A stretch of DNA of 64,000 nt from sequence record SRR20825006_194; one strand, written 5' to 3'. The position numbers and the translations under genes are program-made. Of this stretch, positions 10,148 to 19,166 are shown one piece after another. Within the stretch, counting starts at the first letter, position 1. Each line of letters starts with the position of its first letter. The notes under the pieces are model-generated. The model was not told where the DNA came from and did no database searches. It was given only the letters and a program-made list of their open reading frames with translations.

Positions 10148-11245
10148 ATGAAAATAATCAGTCTCTTCCTATTATTCCTTCTCTCCGCAATTGGAGTTCA
10201 AGCACAATCATCCAAAAACGATAATAAAGTTATCCTTATCTCGCTAGATGGATTACGTTGGCAAGAACTATTTGGCGGTGCCGATTCTGTTGTAGTGAAT
10301 GATGAACATTCAGTTGATGATATAGAACATCTTAAAAGGCTTGTTTGGAAAGACACAAAAAAAGAGCGTAGAGAGACTTTATTCCCATTCATTTGGTCAA
10401 CAGTAAGTACTCAAGGTGTTTTGGCTGGAAATAGATGGGAAAACAGCAATGTTAATCTCACGAACAAAGGTGTGTTCTCTTTTCCTGGTTATAACGAGAT
10501 TTTAACTGGTTTTGCTGATGACAATATTAACAGCAATTCTAAAAAGAACAATCCAAATGTCACGGTGCTTGAAGCGGTTAATAAAACACCAAAATACAAT
10601 GGTAAGGTTTTAGCTTTTGGTAGCTGGGATGTGTTCCCTTATATAATTAATGAAGAACGTTCTGGAATTCCGGTAAACGCAGGTTACAAACATGCAATTA
10701 CGGACAATCCAACAGAAAACGAGCTACTCATCAATAAAATTCAAGATCAAACTCCTAAACGCTGGGGAAGTGTCCGATTTGATACTTTTACTCATCAATA
10801 TGCGATTGAAGCAATGAAAAGAGAACACCCTTCTTTAGTGTACGTTGCCTACGGAGAGACTGACGACTTTGCTCATGATGGCCGCTACGATTACTATTTA
10901 CAAGCTGCTCATAACACCGACCAATTAATTAAAGACCTTTGGGAATTCACTCAAAATGACCCGTTTTACAAAGGCAAAACTACTTTCATTATTACAACCG
11001 ATCACGGACGTGGAAGTGGGATAGCAAAACCTAGCCATTGGGACGGACATGGCGACAATGTTATTGGTGCTACATCAACGTGGATTATCGCTTTTGGAAA
11101 CGGAGTTAAAGCACAAGGTGAACTTATGGATGGTAGCCAATACTATAACAACCAAGTTGCAGCAACTGTTGCTAAGATTCTAGGTGTAGATTATGATGGA
11201 AACGGAAAGGCGGGCAAAGCTTTGGATTTGATTAAAATGAAATAA
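10148..11245 (+). CDS. Secreted alkaline-phosphatase-superfamily protein
   Basis: Signal peptide; LISLDGLRW, FSFPGYNEI, GETDDFAH, ITTDHGRG metal-binding motifs. Confidence 0.82.
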   Translation: MKIISLFLLFLLSAIGVQAQSSKNDNKVILISLDGLRWQELFGGADSVVVNDEHSVDDIEHLKRLVWKDTKKERRETLFPFIWSTVSTQGVLAGNRWENSNVNLTNKGVFSFPGYNEILTGFADDNINSNSKKNNPNVTVLEAVNKTPKYNGKVLAFGSWDVFPYIINEERSGIPVNAGYKHAITDNPTENELLINKIQDQTPKRWGSVRFDTFTHQYAIEAMKREHPSLVYVAYGETDDFAHDGRYDYYLQAAHNTDQLIKDLWEFTQNDPFYKGKTTFIITTDHGRGSGIAKPSHWDGHGDNVIGATSTWIIAFGNGVKAQGELMDGSQYYNNQVAATVAKILGVDYDGNGKAGKALDLIKMK

Positions 11246-11291
11246 AGCCATCTTTTCTGATGTGATTAATTTCCAAGCTAATTTCGTAGAC

Positions 11292-11328
11292 AAAAAAAGG
11301 GAAGCAAAATCTAAATCTTGCTTCCCTT
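11292..11328 (-). terminator. Rho-independent terminator (ychF; possibly bidirectional)
   Basis: AAGGGAAGCAA/TTGCTTCCCTT inverted repeat with flanking A-run between convergent genes. Confidence 0.75.
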
Positions 11329-11362
11329 CTATCAAAATAAACCCTATTTCAGGATAAAACGT

Positions 11363-12457
11363 CTATACGTTAAATCTGAAAAGCATTACGTCGCCATCGG
11401 CAACTACATACTCTTTACCTTCTTGGCGCATTTTACCAGCTTCTTTTGCTGCTTTTTCTGAGCCGTATTTCTCAAAGTCAGAATAAGCAATAGTTTCTGC
11501 ACGGATAAAGCCTCTTTCAAAATCGGTGTGGATTACACCCGCCGCTTGAGGAGCTTTAAACCCTTGATGAATTGTCCAAGCACGTGCTTCTTTCGGTCCT
11601 ACCGTGAAGTAAGTTGCCAAACCTAATTCTTTGTATGCTGAATGAATCAAACGATCTAGACCTGCACTAGTAAGCCCAAGTTCTTCTAAGAACATTTCTT
11701 TTTCTTCAGGATCGAGTTCAGCAATTTCAGCTTCAATTTTTGCACAAAACATTACGGTTTCGTCATCATGCTCAGCCGCAACTTTCTTCACAACTTCAAC
11801 TAACTCATTACCTGACTCAAGATCACCTTCACCAACATTACATGCGTAAAGCACTTCTTTTGCAGATAACAAGAACAAGTCTCTGTATGCTTCTTTTTCG
11901 TCTTCTGAGATTTCAAAAAGTCGAGCAGATTGTCCATTCTCTAGATGCTCACGTAAACGCTCTACAACATCTAGTTGTGCTTTAAAGCCTTTATCACCAC
12001 TTTTAGATTGCTTCTTCAACGTATCTACACGTTTTTCTATACTTTCTAAATCCTTTAGGATAAGCTCTTCTTCAATAATTCGGATATCACGTTCGGGATC
12101 AACATTGCCTTCAACGTGAATCACATCATCATCCACAAAACAACGCACAACGTGGATAATCAAATCTACTTCGCGGATGTGAGATAGAAAGGCGTTTCCT
12201 TTTCCTTTTCCTTCCGAAGCACCTTTAACAAGACCTGCAATGTCAACAAATTCGATAGTCGCTGGAATGATACTTTTAGAGCCTACCATTTTTGCGAGGT
12301 TTAGAAGACGCGCATCAGGAACTGAAACCAATCCTACGTTTGGATCGATAGTACAAAACGGAAAGTTTGCTGCTTCGGCGCCAGCATTACTTAGCGCATT
12401 AAATAATGTTGATTTACCAACATTTGGAAGCCCAACAATACCACACTTTAAACTCAT
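11363..12457 (-). CDS. ychF: Redox-regulated ATPase YchF
   Basis: GIVGLPNVGKSTLFNA, ANFPFCTIDPN, DIAGLVKGAS, APQAAGVIHTDFERGFI. Confidence 0.97.
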   Translation of the reverse strand: MSLKCGIVGLPNVGKSTLFNALSNAGAEAANFPFCTIDPNVGLVSVPDARLLNLAKMVGSKSIIPATIEFVDIAGLVKGASEGKGKGNAFLSHIREVDLIIHVVRCFVDDDVIHVEGNVDPERDIRIIEEELILKDLESIEKRVDTLKKQSKSGDKGFKAQLDVVERLREHLENGQSARLFEISEDEKEAYRDLFLLSAKEVLYACNVGEGDLESGNELVEVVKKVAAEHDDETVMFCAKIEAEIAELDPEEKEMFLEELGLTSAGLDRLIHSAYKELGLATYFTVGPKEARAWTIHQGFKAPQAAGVIHTDFERGFIRAETIAYSDFEKYGSEKAAKEAGKMRQEGKEYVVADGDVMLFRFNV

Positions 12458-12477
12458 AATACTTCTTATTTATTTAC

Positions 12478-13161
12478 TTAATTAAAATCTATACACTCTT
12501 TTCGGATGATTTCCATCCCAGGCAAAGCCATTGCGGTCAATGTGCCAAAACCTTTATCTACATATACGCAACCAGTATCTAAACCAATCATCTGTTTAGT
12601 GATGAGCGGCTCTTCAAAAGGCGTATGTCCAAATACTACGGGTTTCTCCCAGAGTAAATCTGTTTTTCCAATATGCTCTCGTCCCCAAAGATATGAAGTT
12701 TCTGCATCCTTTTGTCGCATCCCTTCTGCAATAGAAACCGAGGTTGGCGCACTTGCATGCACAAAGAAATAATCTTCGGTATCTAGAAAAATCACTGTTT
12801 GTTCTAGAAAGTCGAGATGTTCTTGAGGTACTTCGTATTTATACGAAGCCATGGTTTCATCACCACCAAAACGAAGCCAATTGTTCATCAAAGCTTTTGC
12901 TCCACCTCTTTCAAATGCTCTAAGCATCATCAGATCATGGTTTCCCCGAATAAAAATACAGCTGTGTGTGCTCGAAAACTCAATACACTGATTAATAACG
13001 CTGTGTGAATCTGGACCTCGATCAACATAATCTCCCAAAAATACATACTCGACCGATGTACCAAACTTGTCATCTAAGTCTGCTAATAGTGCAGAAAGAG
13101 TTTTGACACACCCGTGAATGTCGCCAATTGCAATGTAAGTTGGAGAATCGGTACTGTTCAC
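12478..13161 (-). CDS. Metallophosphoesterase (PPP-type Ser/Thr phosphatase family)
   Basis: GDIHG, LGDYVDRG, RGNHD, VFGHTP, LDTGCV motifs. Confidence 0.9.
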   Translation of the reverse strand: MNSTDSPTYIAIGDIHGCVKTLSALLADLDDKFGTSVEYVFLGDYVDRGPDSHSVINQCIEFSSTHSCIFIRGNHDLMMLRAFERGGAKALMNNWLRFGGDETMASYKYEVPQEHLDFLEQTVIFLDTEDYFFVHASAPTSVSIAEGMRQKDAETSYLWGREHIGKTDLLWEKPVVFGHTPFEEPLITKQMIGLDTGCVYVDKGFGTLTAMALPGMEIIRKECIDFN

Positions 13162-13622
13162 TTTTTCTGCGATTCTTGGATAAGTCCGCGTCCCTTTTTC
13201 TGAGCCTTCCCTTCTGCTTGTAATTCTAATATGGAAGCATCCAGAATACCATTCACAAATCGACCAGACTTTGCTGTAGAGAATTTCTTAACAATCTCAA
13301 TAGCTTCGTTAATCGTTACTTTTGTAGGAATTTCTTCAAAGTAAAGGAATTCGGTTAATGCTATTCGGAGCACTAAGCGATCAATTAAAGCCAATCGGCC
13401 AATTTCCCAGTTTTGAATGTGTTTTGTGATCACCGTATCAAGCTCTTCTTTGTGCTGTAGCGTGGTGAAAAATAATTTCTCGGCGAAACGGCGAATATCT
13501 TTGTCTGTGCCGAGTGCTTCCTTTATTACAGTGTCGGTGATATACTGTACCGTGTCGCCACTTTGTTGATGGGCATACAAGGCTTGAAGCACTGTTTCGC
13601 GAACTAAACGTCTGTTGATCAT
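13158..13622 (-). CDS. nusB: Transcription antitermination factor NusB
   Basis: RRLVRE.VLQALY, NWEIGRLA.IDR, P.KVTINEAIEI.K.F....SGRFVNGILD. Confidence 0.95.
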   Translation of the reverse strand: MINRRLVRETVLQALYAHQQSGDTVQYITDTVIKEALGTDKDIRRFAEKLFFTTLQHKEELDTVITKHIQNWEIGRLALIDRLVLRIALTEFLYFEEIPTKVTINEAIEIVKKFSTAKSGRFVNGILDASILELQAEGKAQKKGRGLIQESQKK

Positions 13623-13644
13623 TTCAAATAACTTAGATTGAGCC

Positions 13645-13652
13645 CAAAGATA
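13645..13652 (-). promoter_or_regulatory. Bacteroidota-type -7 promoter element (TATCTTTG) for nusB
   Basis: Exact TAnnTTTG match 23 nt upstream of the nusB start. Confidence 0.55.
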
Positions 13653-13697
13653 AGAAATTGAATAGAATAATGATTGAAGGAATGCAATAAACTTGCC

Positions 13698-13705
13698 TAT
13701 ATTTG
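13698..13705 (+). promoter_or_regulatory. Bacteroidota-type -7 promoter element (TATATTTG) for tRNA-Val
   Basis: Exact TAnnTTTG match about 15 nt upstream of the tRNA. Confidence 0.6.
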
Positions 13706-13720
13706 CAACGAATTGAAAAA

Positions 13721-13794
13721 GCGTCCTTAGCTCAGTTGGTTAGAGTATCACATTGACATTGTGGGGGTCACTGGTTCGAATCCAGTAGGACGCA
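13721..13794 (+). tRNA. tRNA-Val (anticodon GAC)
   Basis: GCGTCCT/AGGACGC acceptor stem, D-arm GCTC-AGTTGGTTA-GAGT, anticodon loop TT-GAC-AT, T-arm ACTGG-TTCGAAT-CCAGT; CCA not encoded. Confidence 0.95.
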
Positions 13795-14145
13795 CTTAGA
13801 ATTATCACCTTTATAATATTTAGAAGGCGATTTATGAGCAGATAAACCTATCTTTTATCCATCTCTAGCAGCTTATAATTTCACTAAAATCACCGCGACT
13901 ATTTTTATACTCTAAAAAATATTGTGCACAAACCTTAAGTGATTCTATAACTTTATTCCTGTTTACCCCCTAGATTCGCACCCCCACTAATACTATTAAA
14001 GATAGACATTTGAGCGTTGATAGATCAATCAAATCAAGTGCAGTATGCTTTCCTTTGATACTTCGGAAAATTCATAACAAAGTTTAACTCGTTAAAATAT
14101 ATTTGTCTCCCTTTTCAAATAGGTATTCCATAACTACATTAGTTT

Positions 14146-16344
14146 ATGAATCACCACGAAGTCATTAAACAACTTTATATAATGCCTACTACGCTAATAA
14201 AACAACTGGATGTTATTCATGCAGATCGGATTGTTACAATACTAGCCTTACTCTTTCTTTTATTTGGTAAGTCAGAAATTATCATAGCTCAGAAACTTCC
14301 TCTACCTCCAAGAGCTACAGACGCACTTTCAGGAAGCGAGCTAAAAACTCAAATCGAAAATCTTTCTGTTGAGGATAGAGAAGAAGAAATATTTAATCAG
14401 ATTTTGGATGGCAACGTCCCCAACTTTCTACGTGATTTGATTCCAATCTCATATTCTAAAACAATCGGAGATTCTGTTTATAACGTTACTTATTACGTAT
14501 TGCCAGATTATTTAGCCCTTGGCTCAGATAGCAATTATTTTTTAATGCCGATGACACCCATCTTAGCACAGAAAATTTCCGGTAGTTTGGATTATACGCT
14601 TCCAACTAAACAAATGGTTGACCAGATCTGGAGTAATGCTTCGGTAAAACTTTCGCCCTCTCCCATAACAGCAAGTCCACAAATGACCACCATCCCTATT
14701 ATGTGGGATCACAATGTTACCGTTAAAGCTCAACGTGCAGAAAAGATTACCGAAGACCCGCTAGGCGCCTTAGTAGCGGGACATAAAAAAGACGTAATTA
14801 TCTCGAACAGAATTTATGGTAATTCCTCTAAGCGAGTAGTTATTTATGGATGGCATTATCAGAATGGAAATCCAATTCAACCTGTTTATGCCGGGCATGC
14901 TGAAACTTATGCCGATTACAGCCACGGAATTAGACTAGTTCGTGATAGTGTTTTAATCAATAATAAGACCCACCGTATTTCGAAAATTCTTATTAACTCT
15001 GAGTTATCATCTTTGTTTAGCGATGAAGGTATTATCCAAAGACCCTATTATCCGTTAGATGAAAACCCTGAATTAGAACAGCCAAAGAATATTGGCGTCA
15101 TTTCAAAAGATTCGACAACAGCTCAAATCATTATTAAGGAAGATACTGATGTAAGTTCGTATAAAGTTTTCATCAGTATAGATGGAAAATCTTTTTCTGA
15201 GTCGGAAAATTTTACGACTAATACTTTCGAGCTTTCAGGATTACGCCCTTCACAAATAACCTACCTAAAACTTCAATCCATTTCTGAAACCAAAAAAAGC
15301 ATTTATTCTGAAGTGTTAGCGGTGATTCCATCTCAATCCCAGAATAAAATCTTAATCGTTAATGGCTTTGATAGAGTAACAAGTGGTAATACTTTTGATT
15401 TTATCAAAGAACACGGCCAGGCTCTTTTTAGCAGTGGATATGGATTTGATTCAGCTAGTAACGAAGCTGTTTCCTCCAATTTGGTTTCTTTAGACGATTA
15501 TGAGGTCGTGCATTGGATTTTGGGAACCGAAAGTACCGCCGATGAAACCTTTAGTTCTGTTGAGCAAGAAATCGTTAAGAGTTACCTTCAAAATGGTGGC
15601 TCATTAATGGTTTCTGGTGCTGAAATTGCTTGGGATTTAGATAACAAAGGAAGCTCATCCGACAAAGCTTTTTTAAACGATTACCTAAAAGCTGCCTATC
15701 GCATGGACTCGCCAGATAATAAAGCTTCGACGTATTATTCTACTCAACCTGTTTCAGGTTCAATCTTTGAAGGCATTTCTTCTATCGATTTCGATAATGG
15801 CTCAAAAGGCAGTTATGATGTGCAATATCCCGATGTTTTAACAGCCACAAACGGTGGCGAAAGCACATTGACTTATTCTGGAGTTACCACTCAACAAGTG
15901 GCTGGAGTTCAATTCAAAGGAGTTTTTCCCAATGGAAATACTCCCGGTAAAATGGTTTATCTGGGGTTTCCTTTTGAAACCATTTATCCAGAATCTGCAC
16001 GAATTGAAGTGATGAAACGCATCATGGATTTTATGGAATCGGAGGCTACTTCCACTTCAGAAAACGAAGATTTACTTGTTAAAGAGTTCGATTTAAAACA
16101 GAACTATCCGAACCCTTTTAATCCTACCACACAAATTGATTATGCCCTCTCCAGTCCAAGTTATGTATCACTTTCTGTATATAATTCTGTCGGACAGAAT
16201 GTTGCCATGCTCGAGAATTCTTTTAAATCTATGGGGTCACATTCTACAACATGGGACGCTCACACTTTTTCAAGTGGTATGTACTTCTACAGATTAACGA
16301 CTCCAGAAGGTAGTATTACTCGCAAGATGATGCTGATTAAGTAG
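14146..16344 (+). CDS. T9SS type A sorting-domain protein with uncharacterised N-terminal domain
   Basis: Hydrophobic signal region; C-terminal QNYPNPFNPTT...SSGMYFYRL...RKMMLIK CTD; central FN3-like segment and ILIVNGFDR...YLQNGGSLMVSG alpha/beta domain. Start may be 14182. Confidence 0.8.
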   Translation: MNHHEVIKQLYIMPTTLIKQLDVIHADRIVTILALLFLLFGKSEIIIAQKLPLPPRATDALSGSELKTQIENLSVEDREEEIFNQILDGNVPNFLRDLIPISYSKTIGDSVYNVTYYVLPDYLALGSDSNYFLMPMTPILAQKISGSLDYTLPTKQMVDQIWSNASVKLSPSPITASPQMTTIPIMWDHNVTVKAQRAEKITEDPLGALVAGHKKDVIISNRIYGNSSKRVVIYGWHYQNGNPIQPVYAGHAETYADYSHGIRLVRDSVLINNKTHRISKILINSELSSLFSDEGIIQRPYYPLDENPELEQPKNIGVISKDSTTAQIIIKEDTDVSSYKVFISIDGKSFSESENFTTNTFELSGLRPSQITYLKLQSISETKKSIYSEVLAVIPSQSQNKILIVNGFDRVTSGNTFDFIKEHGQALFSSGYGFDSASNEAVSSNLVSLDDYEVVHWILGTESTADETFSSVEQEIVKSYLQNGGSLMVSGAEIAWDLDNKGSSSDKAFLNDYLKAAYRMDSPDNKASTYYSTQPVSGSIFEGISSIDFDNGSKGSYDVQYPDVLTATNGGESTLTYSGVTTQQVAGVQFKGVFPNGNTPGKMVYLGFPFETIYPESARIEVMKRIMDFMESEATSTSENEDLLVKEFDLKQNYPNPFNPTTQIDYALSSPSYVSLSVYNSVGQNVAMLENSFKSMGSHSTTWDAHTFSSGMYFYRLTTPEGSITRKMMLIK

Positions 16345-16363
16345 AAGAAGAGATTTTAAATGA

Positions 16364-16384
16364 TGAATTTTGAATTTTGAATTG
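16364..16384 (+). repeat. Heptamer tandem repeat (TGAATTT x3, last copy TGAATTG)
   Basis: tgaattt-tgaattt-tgaattg read directly. Confidence 0.6.
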
Positions 16385-16399
16385 AGTTTCTTCTCTAAT

Positions 16400-16428
16400 A
16401 AAAAAAGCCCCGACTAAGTCAGGGCTTT
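16400..16428 (-). terminator. Rho-independent terminator
   Basis: AAAGCCC-CGAC-TAA-GTC-AGGGCTTT hairpin with A-run, downstream of the minus-strand lipoprotein gene. Confidence 0.75.
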
Positions 16429-16453
16429 GGTAATAGCTAGTAAGTTGTAGGAA

Positions 16454-17758
16454 TTACGATTCGAGATTGATTAGAATCATAGTGTTAACTAGAGCTTCAA
16501 TAGTATTCTCATCGGTAGATGCATCTACGTTATTTTCTACTGCTGTTTCTACACTTAAGTAAAAGTCTTCGTAGATATCTACAGCCAAGTTTGCATTTGC
16601 AATCGCCTCTATAGCAGATTCAAATATTGATTTAGAACCGTTTTCAGCATTGATTTCGCTATCAATATTCACAAACACACTAGCTTCAAAAGAGCCATCT
16701 TCTTGCATGGCAGTATTTACTTCGTCTCTAAAGTTTTCGAAGGCAGTATTTATACTACTTTCTACACCCAAAGCCGCTTCAATACTCACTCGCAAATCGG
16801 TACCAGCTTGTTCAATGTTGTTCATGGTCGCTTCAGACATTCCTGCAGCTTCGGCTTCTACTCTTACAGCATTATCAGTAGCAATTGCTAGCATAAGCGA
16901 TGTTTGAGTACGAACTGAATTCTGAACGTCAGTAGAAATGTTGCTCATATTGTTTAAAAACATACGAGTTTCCATTTCGATAGATCTTGCTGCGTTATTT
17001 GCACTAACATTTGCATCGGTATAAGCATCAACACGGGCATTTATAAATGCTTTAATTGCTGCGTTATCTTCTTCTACTGTTGTTGAAGAACTTAATGCTG
17101 CTTCTAAGTCAACTTGTGCTTCACGAAGATTCTCAAGCGTTGCTTCAAGTTTTGCGTCAGCATCACCTTCTACTTCTCCATCAAAAAATGCTGCTCTTGC
17201 TTCGGCTGAATTAGAGATTGCTGCACTAAATTCACTTTTTGCCGTTTCAGATGCGTTAATCGCTACAGCGGCTTCACTTGTTACCATCGCCTCAATATCA
17301 GCTTTGGTTGTGTTTACGAATTCACCATTTGCTATCAATTCAGCAAAAACCTTAGTCTCTGCTGTCGACTCAGCATTAATTGGCTTTAATGTAATGTTTG
17401 AACCGTTCTCAACTTCAGCATTAAGAAAAGCCATCCAAGTACTTTCGCCATCTTCAGCAATAATTACAAAGTTCTGGGCAGCATCTGCATCAAAACTAAG
17501 TTCAAAATTACCGCTTGCATCGGCTACAACTTCTGTTTGCTCGAAGGTGGAAATGGTTCCATTAGCAGTTACTGTAGCCGCTGTTACAACCGCGCCTTCA
17601 GCGTTAGCAATTTTTTGTTTGCTATTATTGCCTTCTACTTTACCGGTAACCATTGCATCATCGCTCGATGAGTTGGTACCAGAATCTGAACAGTTTAAGC
17701 CAACAAGGGCTAAACCAAGAACTAGTGTAGGTATTATCTTTTTCGTTAATCTAAACAT
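16454..17758 (-). CDS. Hypothetical acidic lipoprotein
   Basis: Lipobox-like LVGLNC followed by Ser-rich linker; Ala/Glu/Asn-rich, predicted helical C-terminal half. Confidence 0.7.
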   Translation of the reverse strand: MFRLTKKIIPTLVLGLALVGLNCSDSGTNSSSDDAMVTGKVEGNNSKQKIANAEGAVVTAATVTANGTISTFEQTEVVADASGNFELSFDADAAQNFVIIAEDGESTWMAFLNAEVENGSNITLKPINAESTAETKVFAELIANGEFVNTTKADIEAMVTSEAAVAINASETAKSEFSAAISNSAEARAAFFDGEVEGDADAKLEATLENLREAQVDLEAALSSSTTVEEDNAAIKAFINARVDAYTDANVSANNAARSIEMETRMFLNNMSNISTDVQNSVRTQTSLMLAIATDNAVRVEAEAAGMSEATMNNIEQAGTDLRVSIEAALGVESSINTAFENFRDEVNTAMQEDGSFEASVFVNIDSEINAENGSKSIFESAIEAIANANLAVDIYEDFYLSVETAVENNVDASTDENTIEALVNTMILINLES

Positions 17759-17870
17759 AATTAGTTTTTTTCTAATTGGGATTCACACCTTTACACAAGT
17801 CCCTCCTCTTCATTGTTCCAAATTTTAAAGAAGCGAGTATGAGCTAGATTACCAAATAAGAGCTAACTGT

Positions 17871-17906
17871 ATACAAAAAAAGAGGCTATCAACCTCTTTT
17901 TTGTAT
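17871..17906 (-). terminator. Rho-independent terminator after uxuA
   Basis: ATACAAAAAAAGAGG/CCTCTTTTTTGTAT inverted repeat. Confidence 0.7.
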
Positions 17907-17950
17907 TTAACAATAATTAGAACAACGGAGATTATTCCAATTTCAAACTA

Positions 17951-19162
17951 TTATGAATTGATATTATGAGTAATACCAAGTTCAAGACCGCGCAACTCTG
18001 CTAAACCCCTAAGCCGACCTATAGCAGAATACCCATGAAAGGTAACTTTTTTATTTAGGTCGTCGAGCATTTGGTGCCCGTGGTCTGGCCGAAATGGAAT
18101 TTCTAAATCATCTCTTCCCTCCGATTTACGTCTTTGCGACTCTAAAACGAGCGCTTTCATTACCGCGTACATATCTACACTGCCGTTTAAATGGTCTGCC
18201 TCGTGGAAACTTCCATTACCTTCGCGTTGTACATTTCGTAAATGCACAAAATGGATTTTATGTCCTAATCGCTCAATAATTCCAGGTAAATCATTTTCTG
18301 GTAGAGGTCCTAAAGAACCGGTGCAATAAGTAATTCCGTTTGCCGGGCTATCAATCGTTTGCGTTAAAGCAAGCAAATCAGCCTCCGTAGATACAATTCT
18401 TGGTAAACCAAAAATTGCAGTAGGTGGATCATCAGGATGGCAACATAATTTCATTCCCAACTCTTCAGCTGTTGGCACTACATTTCTTAAAAAGTAACTC
18501 AGATTCTCGCGAAGTATCTCTTCGGAAATATGATCGTATTCGGCTAATTGCTTTTTATAGTCCTCGATGGTGAACACATCACCTGAACCGGGAACGCCTT
18601 GGAGGATATTTTTAGTTAGCTGGGCTTTTTCTTCATCCGTTATGCAATTAAAATACGAGGAGGCTTCTATTTGCCTATCTTCTGTGTAATCAGCTTTGGC
18701 ATATTCCCTTTCTAAAATATGGATATCGAAAGCGGCTAGTGCAATGGCATCGTAGCGTAAAGCTTTTGACCCATCTTTATATGTGAATGTTAGATCTGTG
18801 CGAGTCCAATCTAAAACGGGCATAAAATTATAGCAAACTATCTTTATGCCACATTTAGCCAAATTCTGTAATGAAATTATATAATCTTCAATCAGCTGAT
18901 CTCTTTCAGGCAGGCCTTTTTTTATGGCTTCATGTACATTTAAACTCTCAACAACGGCCCATTTAAGGTTTCGTGGTTGTTGAGTTTCTTCGTTCCATTC
19001 AATAATTCGTTGGCGCTTTTGAATTTCTTCCACTGTCCAAACCTCACCTACTGGAACATGATGCAGTGCATGAACGATTCCGTAGGCTCCAGCTTGTTCA
19101 ATATCTGAAAGAGAAACAATATCGTTTGGTCCGTACCAACGCCAAGATTGCATTAACGCCAT
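17951..19162 (-). CDS. uxuA: Mannonate dehydratase
   Basis: MQSWRWYGPND, CYNFMPVLDWTRT, HPDDPP, HLRNV, RPDHGH, GYSAIGRLRGLAELRG. Start trimmed to ATG 19162. Confidence 0.95.
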   Translation of the reverse strand: MALMQSWRWYGPNDIVSLSDIEQAGAYGIVHALHHVPVGEVWTVEEIQKRQRIIEWNEETQQPRNLKWAVVESLNVHEAIKKGLPERDQLIEDYIISLQNLAKCGIKIVCYNFMPVLDWTRTDLTFTYKDGSKALRYDAIALAAFDIHILEREYAKADYTEDRQIEASSYFNCITDEEKAQLTKNILQGVPGSGDVFTIEDYKKQLAEYDHISEEILRENLSYFLRNVVPTAEELGMKLCCHPDDPPTAIFGLPRIVSTEADLLALTQTIDSPANGITYCTGSLGPLPENDLPGIIERLGHKIHFVHLRNVQREGNGSFHEADHLNGSVDMYAVMKALVLESQRRKSEGRDDLEIPFRPDHGHQMLDDLNKKVTFHGYSAIGRLRGLAELRGLELGITHNINS

Positions 19163-19166
19163 ATTA

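Noticed and set aside
10148-11245. Sulfatase serving the glycan locus
   Set aside because: No (C/S)xPxR formylglycine motif; it looks like a phosphatase/phosphodiesterase-type member and lies outside the locus.
17304-17828. 174-aa plus-strand ORF
   Set aside because: Antisense shadow of the lipoprotein gene with no recognisable motifs.
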